A stretch of DNA of 64,000 nt from Oscillospiraceae bacterium (GCA_015067995.1 SVLJ01000015.1:511-64510), one strand, 5' to 3'. Shown: positions 28,439-40,124, counted from the stretch's first letter. The notes: a model not told the origin generated them from the letters alone. Program-made: numbers and translations.

Positions 28439-29404
28439 ATGTCTGAAGAGAATAAGAGTTGTTTTCGCACCAGCATCGGCGGACAGGCCCTCATCGAGGG
28501 TATCCTGATGCGCGGCCCCAAGAAACAGGCCGTGGTGGTTCGTGATCTGGAAGGCAATCTGGTGGAAAAGGTGGAGGAACTGAAGCTGGTTCGTGACCGG
28601 TATCCCATTCTGGGTGTGCCGCTGATCCGCGGCTCTGCGACGTTCATCGATTCCATGGTCAAGGGCGTGCAGGCGCTGATGTACTCGGCGGAGTTCTATC
28701 CCGAGGAGGAGATGAACAAGCCCAGCAAATTTGAGCTGTGGCTGGAGAAGAAGCTCTCCAGCAAGGCGCTGGAAAAGGCCGTCATTGCACTGGCAGTGGT
28801 GATGGGCATTGGTCTGTCCGTATTTCTGTTCATGGTGCTGCCCACCTTCCTCACTGGCGGTATCCTGCATTTCTTCCCCGGCTTCCCCCTGTGGGGCCGC
28901 AATGTGGTGGAAGGCGTACTGAAGATCGGCATCTTCCTGCTGTATCTGGCGTTGTGCTGCCGTATGAGCGATATCCGCAGGGTGTTCCAGTACCACGGCG
29001 CGGAACATAAGACCATTTTCTGCTACGAGGCCGGACTGCCTCTGACAGTGGAAAATGTCCGGGCGCAGAAGCGCCATCATCCCCGCTGCGGCACCAGCTT
29101 CCTGTTTGTGGTGATTTTTGTGTCCATCCTGTTGTCCAGCGTGGTATTCGGCATTTGGCCCATGACGGCGGCGTGGATGCGCACGCTGGTGCATCTGGCG
29201 CTGCTGCCGCTGGTGGTGGGTGTGACCTACGAATTCAACCGCTGGGTGGGACGGCATGACAACGCCCTGACCCGGTTCCTGTCTGCGCCGGGCATGTGGC
29301 TGCAGAACTTTACCACCTATGAGCCGGAGGACGGCATGATCGAGGTGGCCATCCGTGCCATGGAGCTGGTGATCCCGGAAACACAGGGCACCGACAAGTG
29401 GTGA
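28439..29404 (+). CDS. DUF1385 family membrane protein (prmC-associated)
   Basis: IGGQALIEGILMRGP at the N-terminus and YHGAEHKTI centrally. It sits immediately upstream of prmC, as is usual for this family. Confidence 0.85.
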   Translation: MSEENKSCFRTSIGGQALIEGILMRGPKKQAVVVRDLEGNLVEKVEELKLVRDRYPILGVPLIRGSATFIDSMVKGVQALMYSAEFYPEEEMNKPSKFELWLEKKLSSKALEKAVIALAVVMGIGLSVFLFMVLPTFLTGGILHFFPGFPLWGRNVVEGVLKIGIFLLYLALCCRMSDIRRVFQYHGAEHKTIFCYEAGLPLTVENVRAQKRHHPRCGTSFLFVVIFVSILLSSVVFGIWPMTAAWMRTLVHLALLPLVVGVTYEFNRWVGRHDNALTRFLSAPGMWLQNFTTYEPEDGMIEVAIRAMELVIPETQGTDKW

Positions 29405-29435
29405 TCGGGAAAGAAGAAAACGGAGCGACAACGCA

Positions 29436-30302
29436 ATGGCTATCACATACAACAACTTATATCTGGACATCCGGAAGAAGCTGCGGCAGGCGGATGCGGC
29501 AGATCCCACGCTGGAGGCCCGTGAGCTTGTGTGCTTTGCCACCGGCAAGACCCGGGAAGAACTGTTCCGTGACGGCGGTCTGTATTTGTCGCCGGAGCTG
29601 GAAAAGCAGGTCTGGGATCTGGTGCAGCGTCATCTGGACGGCGAACCGGTGGCCTATCTCATCGGCGAGTGGGAGTTCTACGGCCTGCCGCTGGATATCT
29701 CCCCCGATGTACTGATTCCCCGGCCGGACACGGAGGTGCTGGCGAAGCTGGCCATCGACTACTGCAATACGCTGCCGGAATGCCGGGCGCTGGATCTTTG
29801 CGCCGGCAGCGGCTGTGTGGGTCTGGCGTTGGCTGCCCATGCGCCCCATTCCCGGGTAGTGCTGGGCGATATCAGCGAGGGAGCATTGCGGATCTGCCGC
29901 CAGAATATCCGGCGCAGCGGCCTCTCCGGGCGGGTGGTGCCCATGCGTATCAACGCCATGGAAAAGCCCAACGCTAATCTGGGCGAGTTCCACTGCATCG
30001 TGTCCAACCCGCCCTACATACCCAGCGGCGACATTCCGGGACTGGAACCTTCCGTCCGGGATTACGAACCCCATCTGGCGCTGGACGGCGGCGAGGACGG
30101 CCTGGAATTCTATTGTGCCATTACCCAGCTGTGGAAGGATGCACTGCTGCCCGGCGGACGGCTGTACTATGAGGTAGGCATCGGCCAGGCGGATACAGTG
30201 CTGCGGATCATGCGGGCGGTGGGCTTCGGCGACATTCAAGTGGAGAAGGATCTCAACGGCATCCCCAGAGTGGTGTACGGAACTCTGTGCACAGAAGTTT
30301 AA
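29436..30302 (+). CDS. prmC: release-factor glutamine N5-methyltransferase
   Basis: SAM motif [12 protein letters not shown] and catalytic NPPY (VSNPPYIP). Confidence 0.92.
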   Translation: MAITYNNLYLDIRKKLRQADAADPTLEARELVCFATGKTREELFRDGGLYLSPELEKQVWDLVQRHLDGEPVAYLIGEWEFYGLPLDISPDVLIPRPDTEVLAKLAIDYCNTLPECRALDLCAGSGCVGLALAAHAPHSRVVLGDISEGALRICRQNIRRSGLSGRVVPMRINAMEKPNANLGEFHCIVSNPPYIPSGDIPGLEPSVRDYEPHLALDGGEDGLEFYCAITQLWKDALLPGGRLYYEVGIGQADTVLRIMRAVGFGDIQVEKDLNGIPRVVYGTLCTEV

Positions 30303-30349
30303 GTATACAAGCCGGACGGAGGTTCGGAGACGATAAAGGAGATGGAATT

Positions 30350-31439
<1,090 letters not shown>

Positions 31440-31453
<14 letters not shown>

Positions 31454-32063
31454 GCGCATTGAGGCATCCGGGCGGAAACGCGGACGGGTGCTGGTATACC
31501 TGACGGACGGCGCCTGCCTGAAGATCACGGAGCAGGAACTGCTGGACTTCGGACTGCGTGCCGGTGATGAGGTGGACGAGGAAATGCGCCGCCGTCTGAG
31601 AACTGCCGCCGGTGTGTCCGATACCCGTGCTGCGGCTGCTGAGCTGATGGGACGGCGCGCCATGTCCCGCCGTGATCTGGAGCGGAAGCTGCAGGAGCGG
31701 GGGGCATCCCGGACGGAGTCACGGTATGCTGCGGAGTGGATGGAGGCCATCGGTGCCATCAATGATGCAGAGTATGCCGCCATGCTGGTGCGTCACTGCG
31801 GACAGCAGGGCTATGGGCCCGGTCGTGTACGGGAAAAGCTGCGTGAAAAGGGCGTCCCCCGTGAGCTGTGGGAGGACGCACTGAAGCAGCTGCCGCCGCC
31901 GGAGGAACAGATTGAAGCCTTTCTGAACAGCAAACTCCACGGTGAAGTGCCGGATGTGCAGCAGCAGAAAAAGCTGGCTGCGGCTCTGGCGCGCCGGGGT
32001 TTTGGCTGGAGCGATGTCCGGGCGGCGCTGAGCCGCTGGGGTGCGGAGCTTCCGGATGAATAA
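31440..32063 (+). CDS. recX: recombination regulator RecX
   Basis: 207 aa, overlaps the recA 3' end. Helical-repeat protein in the canonical position downstream of recA. Confidence 0.85.
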
Positions 32064-32088
32064 CGAAAATAATAGTGAGGAGATCACC

Positions 32089-33408
32089 TTGAAATACAAT
32101 GTTGCGTTTATTTCCCTTGGCTGCGCCAAAAACCAGGTAAACTGCGAGCAGATGATGGCATCCTGCCAGGCGGCAGGCCACAATGTCACAACCGATCCCG
32201 AGGGGGCCGATGTGGCGGTGGTGAACACCTGCGGATTCCTGTCCAGCGCCTGTGAGGAGGCCATTGAAAACATTCTGGAGATGGGTCGCCTGAAGCTGGA
32301 GGGCAAGCTGCAGAAGATCATCGTTACCGGCTGTATGGCTCAGCGCTACAAGAAGGATGTGGCGGAGGAGCTGCCGGAGGTGGACGCTGTCCTTGGCACC
32401 GGCAGCTACGGTGACATCGTCACCGCGGTGGAGACGGTGATGGGCGGCGAGAAGATGTGTGCCTTCGGCAGCATCCACACTGCGCCTCAGGGTGGTGCCC
32501 GGATTTTGTCCACACCCCCGTGGTATGCGTATCTGCGTATTGCCGAGGGGTGCGATAACCACTGTGCCTACTGCGTCATTCCCTCCCTGCGGGGCAAATA
32601 CCGTTCCCGCCCTATGGACGAGGTGCTGACCGAAGCGGCCGAGCTTGCCTCTGCCGGTGTGAAGGAACTGCTGGTCATTGCGCAGGACATCACACGCTAC
32701 GGCAGTGACTGGGACGGCAAGCACCATCTGGCGGAGCTGCTGCGCGAGCTGTGCAAGCTGGACTTCCACTGGATCCGCCTGCATTATCTCTATCCCGATG
32801 AGATTGATGATGAGCTCATCGAAACCATTGCCGCCGAGCCCAAGATCCTCAAATACATCGACCTGCCCATGCAGCACTGCAATGACGTGATCCTGAAGGC
32901 CATGAACCGGCGGGATACCAAGGCGCAGCTGCTGGCTCTGGTGGCAAAGCTCCGTGACCGCATCCCCGGTCTGGTGCTGCGCACCTCCCTGATCGCCGGC
33001 CTTCCTTATGAGGATGAGGCTGCCTTTGAGGAGCTGGGGAACTTCCTGCGGGAAGTGAAGATTGAGCGTGCTGGTGTGTTCCCCTTCTCTCCGGAGGATG
33101 GCACCCGTGCCGCGCTGATGGAGCATGTGGACGAGGAAGAAGCCGCCCGCCGTGCGGAACTGCTGGTGGATGTGCAGTCCGACATTATCGACGAGTACAA
33201 CGAGTCGGTGCTGGGCACTGTCCGCGAGGTGCTGTGCGAGGGCTTTGACGGCCAGGCGCAGATGTTCGTGGGCCGCAGCTATGCCGAGTCCCCGGAAATT
33301 GACGGCCGTATTTACTTCACCGCCGACTGTGAGGTGGAGGCCGGTACCTTCGTGGAGGTGCGGCTCACCGGCACCATGGACGGCGAGCTGACCGGTGAAC
33401 TGGTGTAA
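32089..33408 (+). CDS. rimO: ribosomal protein S12 methylthiotransferase
   Basis: TTG start 6 nt after GAGGAG gives (M)KYNVAFISLGCAKNQVN. Radical-SAM motif CDNHCAYC and a C-terminal TRAM domain. The ORF track begins earlier, at 32041. Confidence 0.9.
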   Translation: MKYNVAFISLGCAKNQVNCEQMMASCQAAGHNVTTDPEGADVAVVNTCGFLSSACEEAIENILEMGRLKLEGKLQKIIVTGCMAQRYKKDVAEELPEVDAVLGTGSYGDIVTAVETVMGGEKMCAFGSIHTAPQGGARILSTPPWYAYLRIAEGCDNHCAYCVIPSLRGKYRSRPMDEVLTEAAELASAGVKELLVIAQDITRYGSDWDGKHHLAELLRELCKLDFHWIRLHYLYPDEIDDELIETIAAEPKILKYIDLPMQHCNDVILKAMNRRDTKAQLLALVAKLRDRIPGLVLRTSLIAGLPYEDEAAFEELGNFLREVKIERAGVFPFSPEDGTRAALMEHVDEEEAARRAELLVDVQSDIIDEYNESVLGTVREVLCEGFDGQAQMFVGRSYAESPEIDGRIYFTADCEVEAGTFVEVRLTGTMDGELTGELV

Positions 33409-33428
33409 GAGAAAAGGAGAAGAGAGAT

Positions 33429-33962
33429 ATGAATCTGCCCAACAAACTGACTCTGCTGCGAATTGTCCTGATCCCCGTGTTCATGGGCGTGCTGTATTGG
33501 GGTGCCGCTGCCGGCAGCGCCATTGCCACATGGATCGCTTTGGCGGTGTTTATCATTGCCAGCTTCACCGATCTGCTGGACGGCAAGATTGCCCGCAAGT
33601 ACAATCTGGTAACGGACTTCGGCAAGTTTGCCGACCCTCTGGCAGACAAGATGCTCACCACTGCCGCTCTGCTGTGGTTTGTGGAGAACGGCCAGATGCC
33701 CGCGTGGGCGCTGCTGATCGTGCTGGTACGTGAATTCGCCGTCAGCGGTCTGCGGATGGTGGCCAGCGACAAGGGGCGCGTCATCGCTGCAGGCTGGTCC
33801 GGCAAGGTGAAGACCGCCTCCACCATGGTCTGCATCGTGCTGATGTTCCTGCCCATCCCCGCCATTCTGAATACCATCTGCGTCTGGGTCATCGCCCTGA
33901 CCACCCTGTATTCCGGCGTGGAGTATTTCGTCCAGAACAAGGACATCATTGCCTCTGCCTGA
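33429..33962 (+). CDS. pgsA: CDP-diacylglycerol--glycerol-3-phosphate 3-phosphatidyltransferase
   Basis: CDP-alcohol phosphotransferase motif DLLDGKIARKYNLVTDFGKFADPLADK. Confidence 0.92.
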   Translation: MNLPNKLTLLRIVLIPVFMGVLYWGAAAGSAIATWIALAVFIIASFTDLLDGKIARKYNLVTDFGKFADPLADKMLTTAALLWFVENGQMPAWALLIVLVREFAVSGLRMVASDKGRVIAAGWSGKVKTASTMVCIVLMFLPIPAILNTICVWVIALTTLYSGVEYFVQNKDIIASA

Positions 33963-33975
33963 CTTCGTGAAAAAT

Positions 33976-34016
33976 GCGCCTGCGCCGGGAACTTCCCGGC
34001 GCAGGCGCTGCTTTTC
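33976..34016. terminator. bidirectional terminator
   Basis: GCGCCTGCGCCGGGA-ACT-TCCCGGCGCAGGCGC, with A-run and T-run flanks, between convergent genes. Confidence 0.8.
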
Positions 34017-34024
34017 GTGTGAAT

Positions 34025-35059
34025 TCAATCTATCAGAACTTCTGCCTGATCCTCCAGAAGCTTGGCACGGAAGCACATCCGCCACTCTACTGTTTCCAGC
34101 GGAAGGAAATGGAGGGATGAGCAGGCGCTGCGGCGCAGAAGAGGGGTGCTGCTGTCAGGCAGCGTCACAGTGTCAGACCCCTTCGGACTGCGGATGATGC
34201 CAAACACAGAGCCGTGGGAGCCCTTGCGTCTGCCGCCGTTTTTGGGACGTGGCTGGTCGCCGTCGCAGCAGTCCTGCAGGAAAACGCCGTTCTGCGGCAG
34301 ATCCGGCTGTACGGCATACTCTATGGTCATGCAGTGGGTGGGATATTCCATCTCATTATCCGGAATGTGATGAGAGATGTCCGCAGCCTCCGTGTTCAGT
34401 ACCGTTAGCCGATGTTCCGCACCGGTGACGGGATGGGTGAAACAGACCGCATCTCCGGCCATGGCGGTGAATCGGATGCCGTAGAACTCTGTGTCGTCTG
34501 CAATCATGGTCAGCAGCATAGAGCGAACAGCGGGTTTTCGACTGAGCCACGGGAAGGATATCCGGTGTACGGCCCAGTTTTCCCGGAGATCCAGTTCATA
34601 ATGCTCCAGCACGCGGCGGATATTGCGGTTTTCTGCGTCCGGCTCTGCCGCTGCCAGCGTGGGACACCAACAGCCGCTGCTGCCGTGGTTCCAATGCAGC
34701 TCTTTACCGTTTACCGTCAGGCTGGGGCGCAGGTCAAAGGTCAGGGGATTCTCCAGACGGATGCACTCCTGTTCTTCACCGGTGAGTCCGGCGTGAAGGC
34801 GAGGCACCCATTTGTCACGGAAGTCCTCCATAGCCTGCCGTTCCACCCGGGCGCAGAGGTCCAGCACCACACCGCCGCCGCAGAGATAGACGGCGGGAAT
34901 GTGCCACTCCGCATTGCCCCAGCAAAAGACCCGGTCAACACGCAGCTCCTGTCCCGGCCGGGTGTTGCGATGGCTGCCGTCCCCATAAAGGGTGCTGCCA
35001 AAGCGAACGCTCCAGTCCGGAACTTTTGCAGCTGGAGCCGGTTTTGGGAATTTCACCAT
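34025..35059 (-). CDS. hypothetical protein (no family recognised)
   Basis: Long ORF with host-like composition. Start moved to the second ATG, 6 nt after GAGGA. Rich in Cys/Trp/His, with no motif I can name. Confidence 0.6.
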   Translation of the reverse strand: MVKFPKPAPAAKVPDWSVRFGSTLYGDGSHRNTRPGQELRVDRVFCWGNAEWHIPAVYLCGGGVVLDLCARVERQAMEDFRDKWVPRLHAGLTGEEQECIRLENPLTFDLRPSLTVNGKELHWNHGSSGCWCPTLAAAEPDAENRNIRRVLEHYELDLRENWAVHRISFPWLSRKPAVRSMLLTMIADDTEFYGIRFTAMAGDAVCFTHPVTGAEHRLTVLNTEAADISHHIPDNEMEYPTHCMTIEYAVQPDLPQNGVFLQDCCDGDQPRPKNGGRRKGSHGSVFGIIRSPKGSDTVTLPDSSTPLLRRSACSSLHFLPLETVEWRMCFRAKLLEDQAEVLID

Positions 35060-35077
35060 AAACATTCCTCACTGAAA

Positions 35078-35112
35078 GCAATGCCCGGTATCGTGTTGGC
35101 GATACCGGGCAT
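35078..35112 (-). terminator. terminator downstream of the zinc-ribbon gene
   Basis: AATGCCCGGTATCG...CGATACCGGGCATT hairpin. Confidence 0.6.
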
Positions 35113-35123
35113 TTGAATCGGAT

Positions 35124-35642
35124 TTACTCACCCATGGGTGCGCCGCACTTGGGGCAGAAGCGGCTGTCGGTAATCTCGCCGCAGATGGGGCACTTCTTGC
35201 CGGCCACCTTTTCCACGACCTCTTCCACAGCTTCGGCCACTTCCTCCGCGACTTCTTCTGCGGCCTCTGCCACTTCCTCTGCGACTTCCTCCACAGCGTC
35301 TTCCACGGAGACAGCGGTGGTCTCTGCCACGACTTCCTTGTCCTTGGAGGGCTTGCTGGCTTCCAACTCGGCGATCTTCACCTTGGAAGCGGCAACGGCG
35401 TCCACCATGGGCTTCACAGCCTCGGGGATCTCGCCTTCGTACTGGGTGGCGAACCACTCGCCGATGGCACGGTAGTTCTTCTCGATCTCGCGCTGCTCGC
35501 CTGCGATGGCCATGTTGATCTTGGCCAGCTCAGCGGTATCCTTTGCCTTCTCGGAGGCGACTGCCGCAACGTCCTTCGCCTTCTCGGCGGTGACAGCGGC
35601 TGCGTCCTTTACCTTCTTGCTGAAATCTTCCCAAAATGCCAT
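35124..35642 (-). CDS. coiled-coil/acidic-repeat protein with C-terminal zinc ribbon
   Basis: Trimmed to MAFWEDFSKKVKDAAAV. Contains EEVAE-type acidic repeats and ends in CPICGEITDSRFCPKCG. Confidence 0.7.
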   Translation of the reverse strand: MAFWEDFSKKVKDAAAVTAEKAKDVAAVASEKAKDTAELAKINMAIAGEQREIEKNYRAIGEWFATQYEGEIPEAVKPMVDAVAASKVKIAELEASKPSKDKEVVAETTAVSVEDAVEEVAEEVAEAAEEVAEEVAEAVEEVVEKVAGKKCPICGEITDSRFCPKCGAPMGE

Positions 35643-35759
35643 ATACAAAAACTCCTTTCGTATTTTGTGGTCATGTACGGTTGATGGTAACAGTATAGCG
35701 GGAGCGGGGGCAAAACGCAACTGATTTTCAAGTTGTTTACAGTTCCCTAATATTTTGTC

Positions 35760-37268
35760 TTACTCAATTTCGATCCAGCCTGCGGCGCGCTCCACAGCTC
35801 TCTGCCAGCGGCGGTATCTGGCGGCACAGGTTTCGGCGTCCAGCTGGGGCAGGAAGATGTGCTGACTGCGGCGCAGCTGCTCCAGCTCGTCCAGATCCTT
35901 CCATACGCCTGCCGCCAGACCTGCCAGCGATGCGGCACCAAAGGCTGTGCTCTCCACCTGTACCGGACGATCCACGCTCAGCTGCAGCAGGTCTGCCTGT
36001 GTCTGCATCAGAATATCGCTGACAGATGCGCCGCCATCCACGCGAAGGGTGGTGATGGGGCAGGGAGCGTCCGTCTGCATGGTCTTCACCAGATCCGTCA
36101 CCTGATAGGCGATGGAATCCAGTGTGGCTCGGGCAATGTGTGCCTGTGTGGTGCCCCGGGTGATGCCCACGATGGTGCCCCGGGCATACATGTCCCAGTA
36201 CGGTGCTCCCAGACCGGTGAAGGCCGGTACCAGAATGACGCCGCCGGAATCCGGCACGCATTCTGCCAGATGGTTGCAGTGTGCCGGGTTTTCGATGAGC
36301 TTCAGCTCCTGCTGCAGCCACTGGATGGCGCTGCCTGCGTTGAAGACGCTGCCTTCCATGGCGTAGGTGGTCTCGCCGTGGATGCTCCATGCCACGGAGG
36401 TCACCAGACCGTTTTTGGACTGCACCGGCTGATTGCCCACATTCATTAGAGTGAAGCAGCCTGTACCGTATGTATTCTTGGCTTGACCGGGTGTGAAGCA
36501 GGCCTGCCCGAACAGCGCCGCTGCCTGATCGCCTGCGCTGCCGCAGATGGGGATGCCTGCCAGATCCTCCAGACCGGGGATGTTTTCAGCGATACAGCCA
36601 TACTGCTGGCTGGAGGGAACGGGCTGAGGCAGCATGCTCATGGGAATATCCAGCAGACGGCACAGTTCCTCATCCCAGCGGAGGGTATTGATGTTGAACA
36701 GCATGGTGCGGGATGCGTTGGAGTAGTCAGTGACATGTGCCTTGCCGCCGGTGAGATTCCAGATCAGCCAGGTGTCCACCGTTCCGGCCAGCAGCTCGCC
36801 GCGCTCTGCGCGGGCACGGACACCGGGCACATTGTCCAGGATCCAGCGCAGCTTGGTGCCGGAAAAGTAGGCATCGATGAGCAGGCCGGTTTTTTCCGTG
36901 ATGGCGGGGCCGTAGCCTCCGGCTTTCAGTTCCTCACACAGCGGCGCCGTCCGTCGGCACTGCCAGACGATGGCGTTGTATACCGGCTGACCGGTGGCCC
37001 TGTCCCAGACGATGGTGGTCTCCCGCTGATTGGTAATGCCCACGGCGGCGATGCATTTGGGATCCACATGGGCATAGTGGATGGTCTCAGCCAGCGCACG
37101 ACGCTCCGTGGCCCAGATCTCCATGGGATCATGCTCTACCCAGCCGGGCTGGGGATAGATCTGGCGGAAGGGATGCTGCACCCGGGCGACGATGCCGCCA
37201 GTGCGGTTGAAGAGAATAGCGCGGGACGAGGTGGTGCCCTGATCCAGAGCGGCTACGTAGGTTTCCAT
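35760..37268 (-). CDS. glpK: glycerol kinase
   Basis: This is the C-terminal 502 codons of track ORF 35760..38213, starting at METYVAALDQGTTSSRAILF with RBS AGGGGGA. FGGY kinase motifs are present throughout. Confidence 0.95.
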   Translation of the reverse strand: METYVAALDQGTTSSRAILFNRTGGIVARVQHPFRQIYPQPGWVEHDPMEIWATERRALAETIHYAHVDPKCIAAVGITNQRETTIVWDRATGQPVYNAIVWQCRRTAPLCEELKAGGYGPAITEKTGLLIDAYFSGTKLRWILDNVPGVRARAERGELLAGTVDTWLIWNLTGGKAHVTDYSNASRTMLFNINTLRWDEELCRLLDIPMSMLPQPVPSSQQYGCIAENIPGLEDLAGIPICGSAGDQAAALFGQACFTPGQAKNTYGTGCFTLMNVGNQPVQSKNGLVTSVAWSIHGETTYAMEGSVFNAGSAIQWLQQELKLIENPAHCNHLAECVPDSGGVILVPAFTGLGAPYWDMYARGTIVGITRGTTQAHIARATLDSIAYQVTDLVKTMQTDAPCPITTLRVDGGASVSDILMQTQADLLQLSVDRPVQVESTAFGAASLAGLAAGVWKDLDELEQLRRSQHIFLPQLDAETCAARYRRWQRAVERAAGWIEIE

Positions 37269-37358
37269 GGAAATCCCCCTATCTTTTTCTCCTGAAGAGT
37301 GGTATGATTTTCTAAAATGTATTTGCCAATAGTATAGCATAGGAAGGAGCGGTTTCCA

Positions 37359-38312
37359 ATGGTGAAAAACGAGTTCTTTTATCCCTCTGCCGACGGAAAG
37401 ACCCAAATTCATGCCGTGGAATGGCTGCCGGACGGCGAGGTGCTGGCAGTGCTGCAGATCGCCCACGGCGTGGCAGAATATGCCCTTCGCTATGAGTCCT
37501 TTGCCCGTTATCTGACGGAGCGCGGCTTTGCGGTGGTGGGGAACGACCACATCGGCCACGGCCGGTCGGTGGCGAAGGGGTCTATGCCGCTGTATTTCGG
37601 TCCGAAAGGCAGCTGGAACTGGGTGGTGGAGGACATTCATCGCCTGCGGGAGGATATGGGCAGAAAGTATCCCGATAAGCCGTATTTCATGTTGGGGCAT
37701 TCCATGGGCTCCTTCCTGCTGCGGACATACCTGATTCAATATCCCGGTACGGTGGATGCCGCTGTCATTATGGGTACCGGTCAGCAGCCTGCGGTGATGA
37801 CAACCGGAGGTCAGCTGCTGGCTCCGCTGCTGGCAGGAAAGAATGGCTATGATCAGCCCAGCGATCTGGTGGAGAAACTGGCCTTCGGCGGCTATAATAA
37901 GCAGTTCTCGCCTAACCGCACCGGATATGACTGGCTTTCTGCCAATGAAGAGAATGTCAACCGCTATATTGCTGATCCTCTCTGCGGCGGCAAGGCATCC
38001 GTGGGCCTGTTCCGGGAGATGCTGTGGGGGCTTGGTTTTATCCGCAGTTCTGCGAATCTGAAGAAGATGGATGTCAACACTCCGGTTCTTTTTGTGTCCG
38101 GCGCATGTGATCCGGTGGGGGCCAATGGGAAGGGCGTCCGGCAGGCATACGAAAGCTTCCGGAAAGCCGGCGTGGCGGATGTGACGCTGCGTCTGTATCC
38201 CGGTATGCGCCATGAGATCCTCAATGAAAACGGCAGCGAACAGGTTTGTCTGGACATTTACGAGTGGCTGGGAACCAAGGCTATCATGCCGCTCTCCGGT
38301 CAGGGACTGTGA
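37359..38312 (+). CDS. alpha/beta hydrolase (lysophospholipase/monoacylglycerol-lipase-like)
   Basis: HGVAEYALRYESFARYLTERGFAVVGNDHIGHGRS and nucleophile elbow GHSMGS. Confidence 0.85.
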   Translation: MVKNEFFYPSADGKTQIHAVEWLPDGEVLAVLQIAHGVAEYALRYESFARYLTERGFAVVGNDHIGHGRSVAKGSMPLYFGPKGSWNWVVEDIHRLREDMGRKYPDKPYFMLGHSMGSFLLRTYLIQYPGTVDAAVIMGTGQQPAVMTTGGQLLAPLLAGKNGYDQPSDLVEKLAFGGYNKQFSPNRTGYDWLSANEENVNRYIADPLCGGKASVGLFREMLWGLGFIRSSANLKKMDVNTPVLFVSGACDPVGANGKGVRQAYESFRKAGVADVTLRLYPGMRHEILNENGSEQVCLDIYEWLGTKAIMPLSGQGL

Positions 38313-38811
38313 AGGTGACGTCCTTTGTCACCGTCAGATAACGGACGGTGAAAAGGCCGTCTCCTGTGACAAGGAGCATGGCCGACAGGGTCCATATGGG
38401 CGGGATGGCGGCGATGAGCATGTCCAGCACCGGCTGAATGACCAGCACTGCGGCGGTGACCAGCAGCCCCCATGCGATGCTGAAGGAAAGGCATACCCGA
38501 CCGTGTATATGAAAGCGCAGGGGAGAGTAGTCCCAGAACTGCACGCCCAGAGCGCGGTCATAGACCCAGTGGACAGCGTATTCCGCAGCTGTGGTGACGA
38601 TGCCGCCCCAGAGGGGCAGCCACGGCAGCTGCAGAAGCTGCGGCGGCAGTGCCAGCACCGCTGTCACTGCAAATCCGTATACGGGGCATAGGGGCAGCAG
38701 CCGGAAGCAGCGGCGAACCTGATTGTCGGACCGGACAGCGGCTGCGAAAAGCCGCTCCAGAAGATACCCGAAAAAGCTGTATGCTGTGAAATTCCAGAAC
38801 CATTCCGTCAT
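38284..38811 (-). CDS. small polytopic membrane protein (DUF1113/CmpB-like)
   Basis: Trimmed to MTEWFWNFTAYSFFGYLLERLF with RBS GGAGGGG. Contains the FWDYS motif. Confidence 0.6.
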   Translation of the reverse strand: MTEWFWNFTAYSFFGYLLERLFAAAVRSDNQVRRCFRLLPLCPVYGFAVTAVLALPPQLLQLPWLPLWGGIVTTAAEYAVHWVYDRALGVQFWDYSPLRFHIHGRVCLSFSIAWGLLVTAAVLVIQPVLDMLIAAIPPIWTLSAMLLVTGDGLFTVRYLTVTKDVTFTVPDRRAA

Positions 38812-38881
38812 GTGAATCCCCTCCATGGGGTCAGTTTTTCCGTTGACGGAGAAGACCATGCACGGAAAAAGAAGGAAGGAA

Positions 38882-39478
38882 ATGTCGATGGAGAATTGGG
38901 AAAGTTTGCGGCAGGAATGCCTGCAGTGCCAGAACTGCTCTCTGGCCGGTCACCGAACCCATGTGGTGTTCGGCACAGGCACAGAGAATGCAAAAATCCT
39001 GCTGGTGGGCGAAGGCCCCGGCAAGAACGAGGATGAACAGGGCATCCCCTTTGTGGGTAAGGCCGGTGCGCTTCTGGATGACATGCTGGCCATCATCGGT
39101 CTGAATCGTGAGAAAGTATATATTGCCAATACGGTGAAATGCCGCCCGCCGGATAACCGTGACCCTCTCAACGAGGAAAAGGCGGCCTGCCGCAGCTGGC
39201 TGAATCGGCAGATCGCCCTGCTGCAGCCGAAGATCCTCATCTGTCTGGGTCGCCACGCCGCCAGGGAACTGATTCGGGAGGATTTTCAGATCAGCAGTGA
39301 GCACGGCCAGTGGTTTGAAAAGAATGGTGTGCGAATGACCGCTATCTTCCATCCCGCAGCTCTGCTGCGGGACGACGGAAAAGGCCCGGAAACCTTTGAG
39401 GATCTGAAGGAGATCCAGCGCATGATCCGTCAGGTCTGTCCGGAGGTGCTGGAGGGCTGGACGCCCGGTGCATTCTGA
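38882..39478 (+). CDS. uracil-DNA glycosylase, family 4
   Basis: CQNCSL...VVFGTGTENAKILLVGEGPGKNEDEQGIPFVGKAGALLD is the family-4 UDG signature. The start is ambiguous: 38858, 38882 or 38888. Confidence 0.85.
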   Translation: MSMENWESLRQECLQCQNCSLAGHRTHVVFGTGTENAKILLVGEGPGKNEDEQGIPFVGKAGALLDDMLAIIGLNREKVYIANTVKCRPPDNRDPLNEEKAACRSWLNRQIALLQPKILICLGRHAARELIREDFQISSEHGQWFEKNGVRMTAIFHPAALLRDDGKGPETFEDLKEIQRMIRQVCPEVLEGWTPGAF

Positions 39479-39572
39479 GAGATAAACCGTAAACCTGTCA
39501 ACCAGCAAGCGGTTGACAGGTTTGCGGTTTCGTGTTATGGTCATACAAGATGATTGCAGAGGAGGCGAGACC

Positions 39573-40115
39573 ATGACACATCGGGCGGGTAAGTGGAGTG
39601 CCCGGGATATGACGGCCATTGCGCTGATGGCGGTGCTGATGTGCTTGTGTACGTGGATCGCTGTTCCCGGTGCAGTGCCATTTACCCTTCAGACTTTTGC
39701 CGTGTTTGCGGCAGTGGAGCTGCTGGGAGCGCAGCGTGCGTTCTGGTCTGTGGCGGTGTATCTGCTGATGGGTGCGGTCGGTTTGCCGGTATTTTCCGGT
39801 ATGACCGGCGGCTTCGGTATTCTGATGGGACAGACCGGCGGCTATCTCTGGGGATTTTTGCTGCTGCCGCTGATCTGCCGCGGTGTGGCTGCGGTGGCGG
39901 GGCAGGGACAGATCGTCCGGATTACAGGCATGGCACTGGGTATGCTGGCCTGCTACGGGTTGGGTACGGCATGGTTCGTGTTTGTCAGCGGCGGAACAGG
40001 CTGGAGCACCGCGTTGACCATGTGTGTGCTGCCCTTTCTGCTGCCGGATGCCATCAAGCTGGCGCTGGCGGTGAGCTTTGCCGGTGGCCTGCGGAAGCGG
40101 CTGCCGATTCCATAG
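39573..40115 (+). CDS. bioY: biotin transporter BioY
   Basis: Trimmed to MTHRAGKWSARD with RBS GGAGG. Contains PFTLQTFAVFAAVELLG...GGYLWGFLLLP. Confidence 0.85.
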   Translation: MTHRAGKWSARDMTAIALMAVLMCLCTWIAVPGAVPFTLQTFAVFAAVELLGAQRAFWSVAVYLLMGAVGLPVFSGMTGGFGILMGQTGGYLWGFLLLPLICRGVAAVAGQGQIVRITGMALGMLACYGLGTAWFVFVSGGTGWSTALTMCVLPFLLPDAIKLALAVSFAGGLRKRLPIP

Positions 40116-40124
40116 CATATAGAA

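Noticed and set aside
37269-38213. N-terminal 315 codons of track ORF 35760..38213
   Set aside because: This part is antisense to the alpha/beta hydrolase gene (37359..38312) and has no protein-like sequence. The glycerol kinase homology begins at METYVAAL (37268), which has its own RBS.
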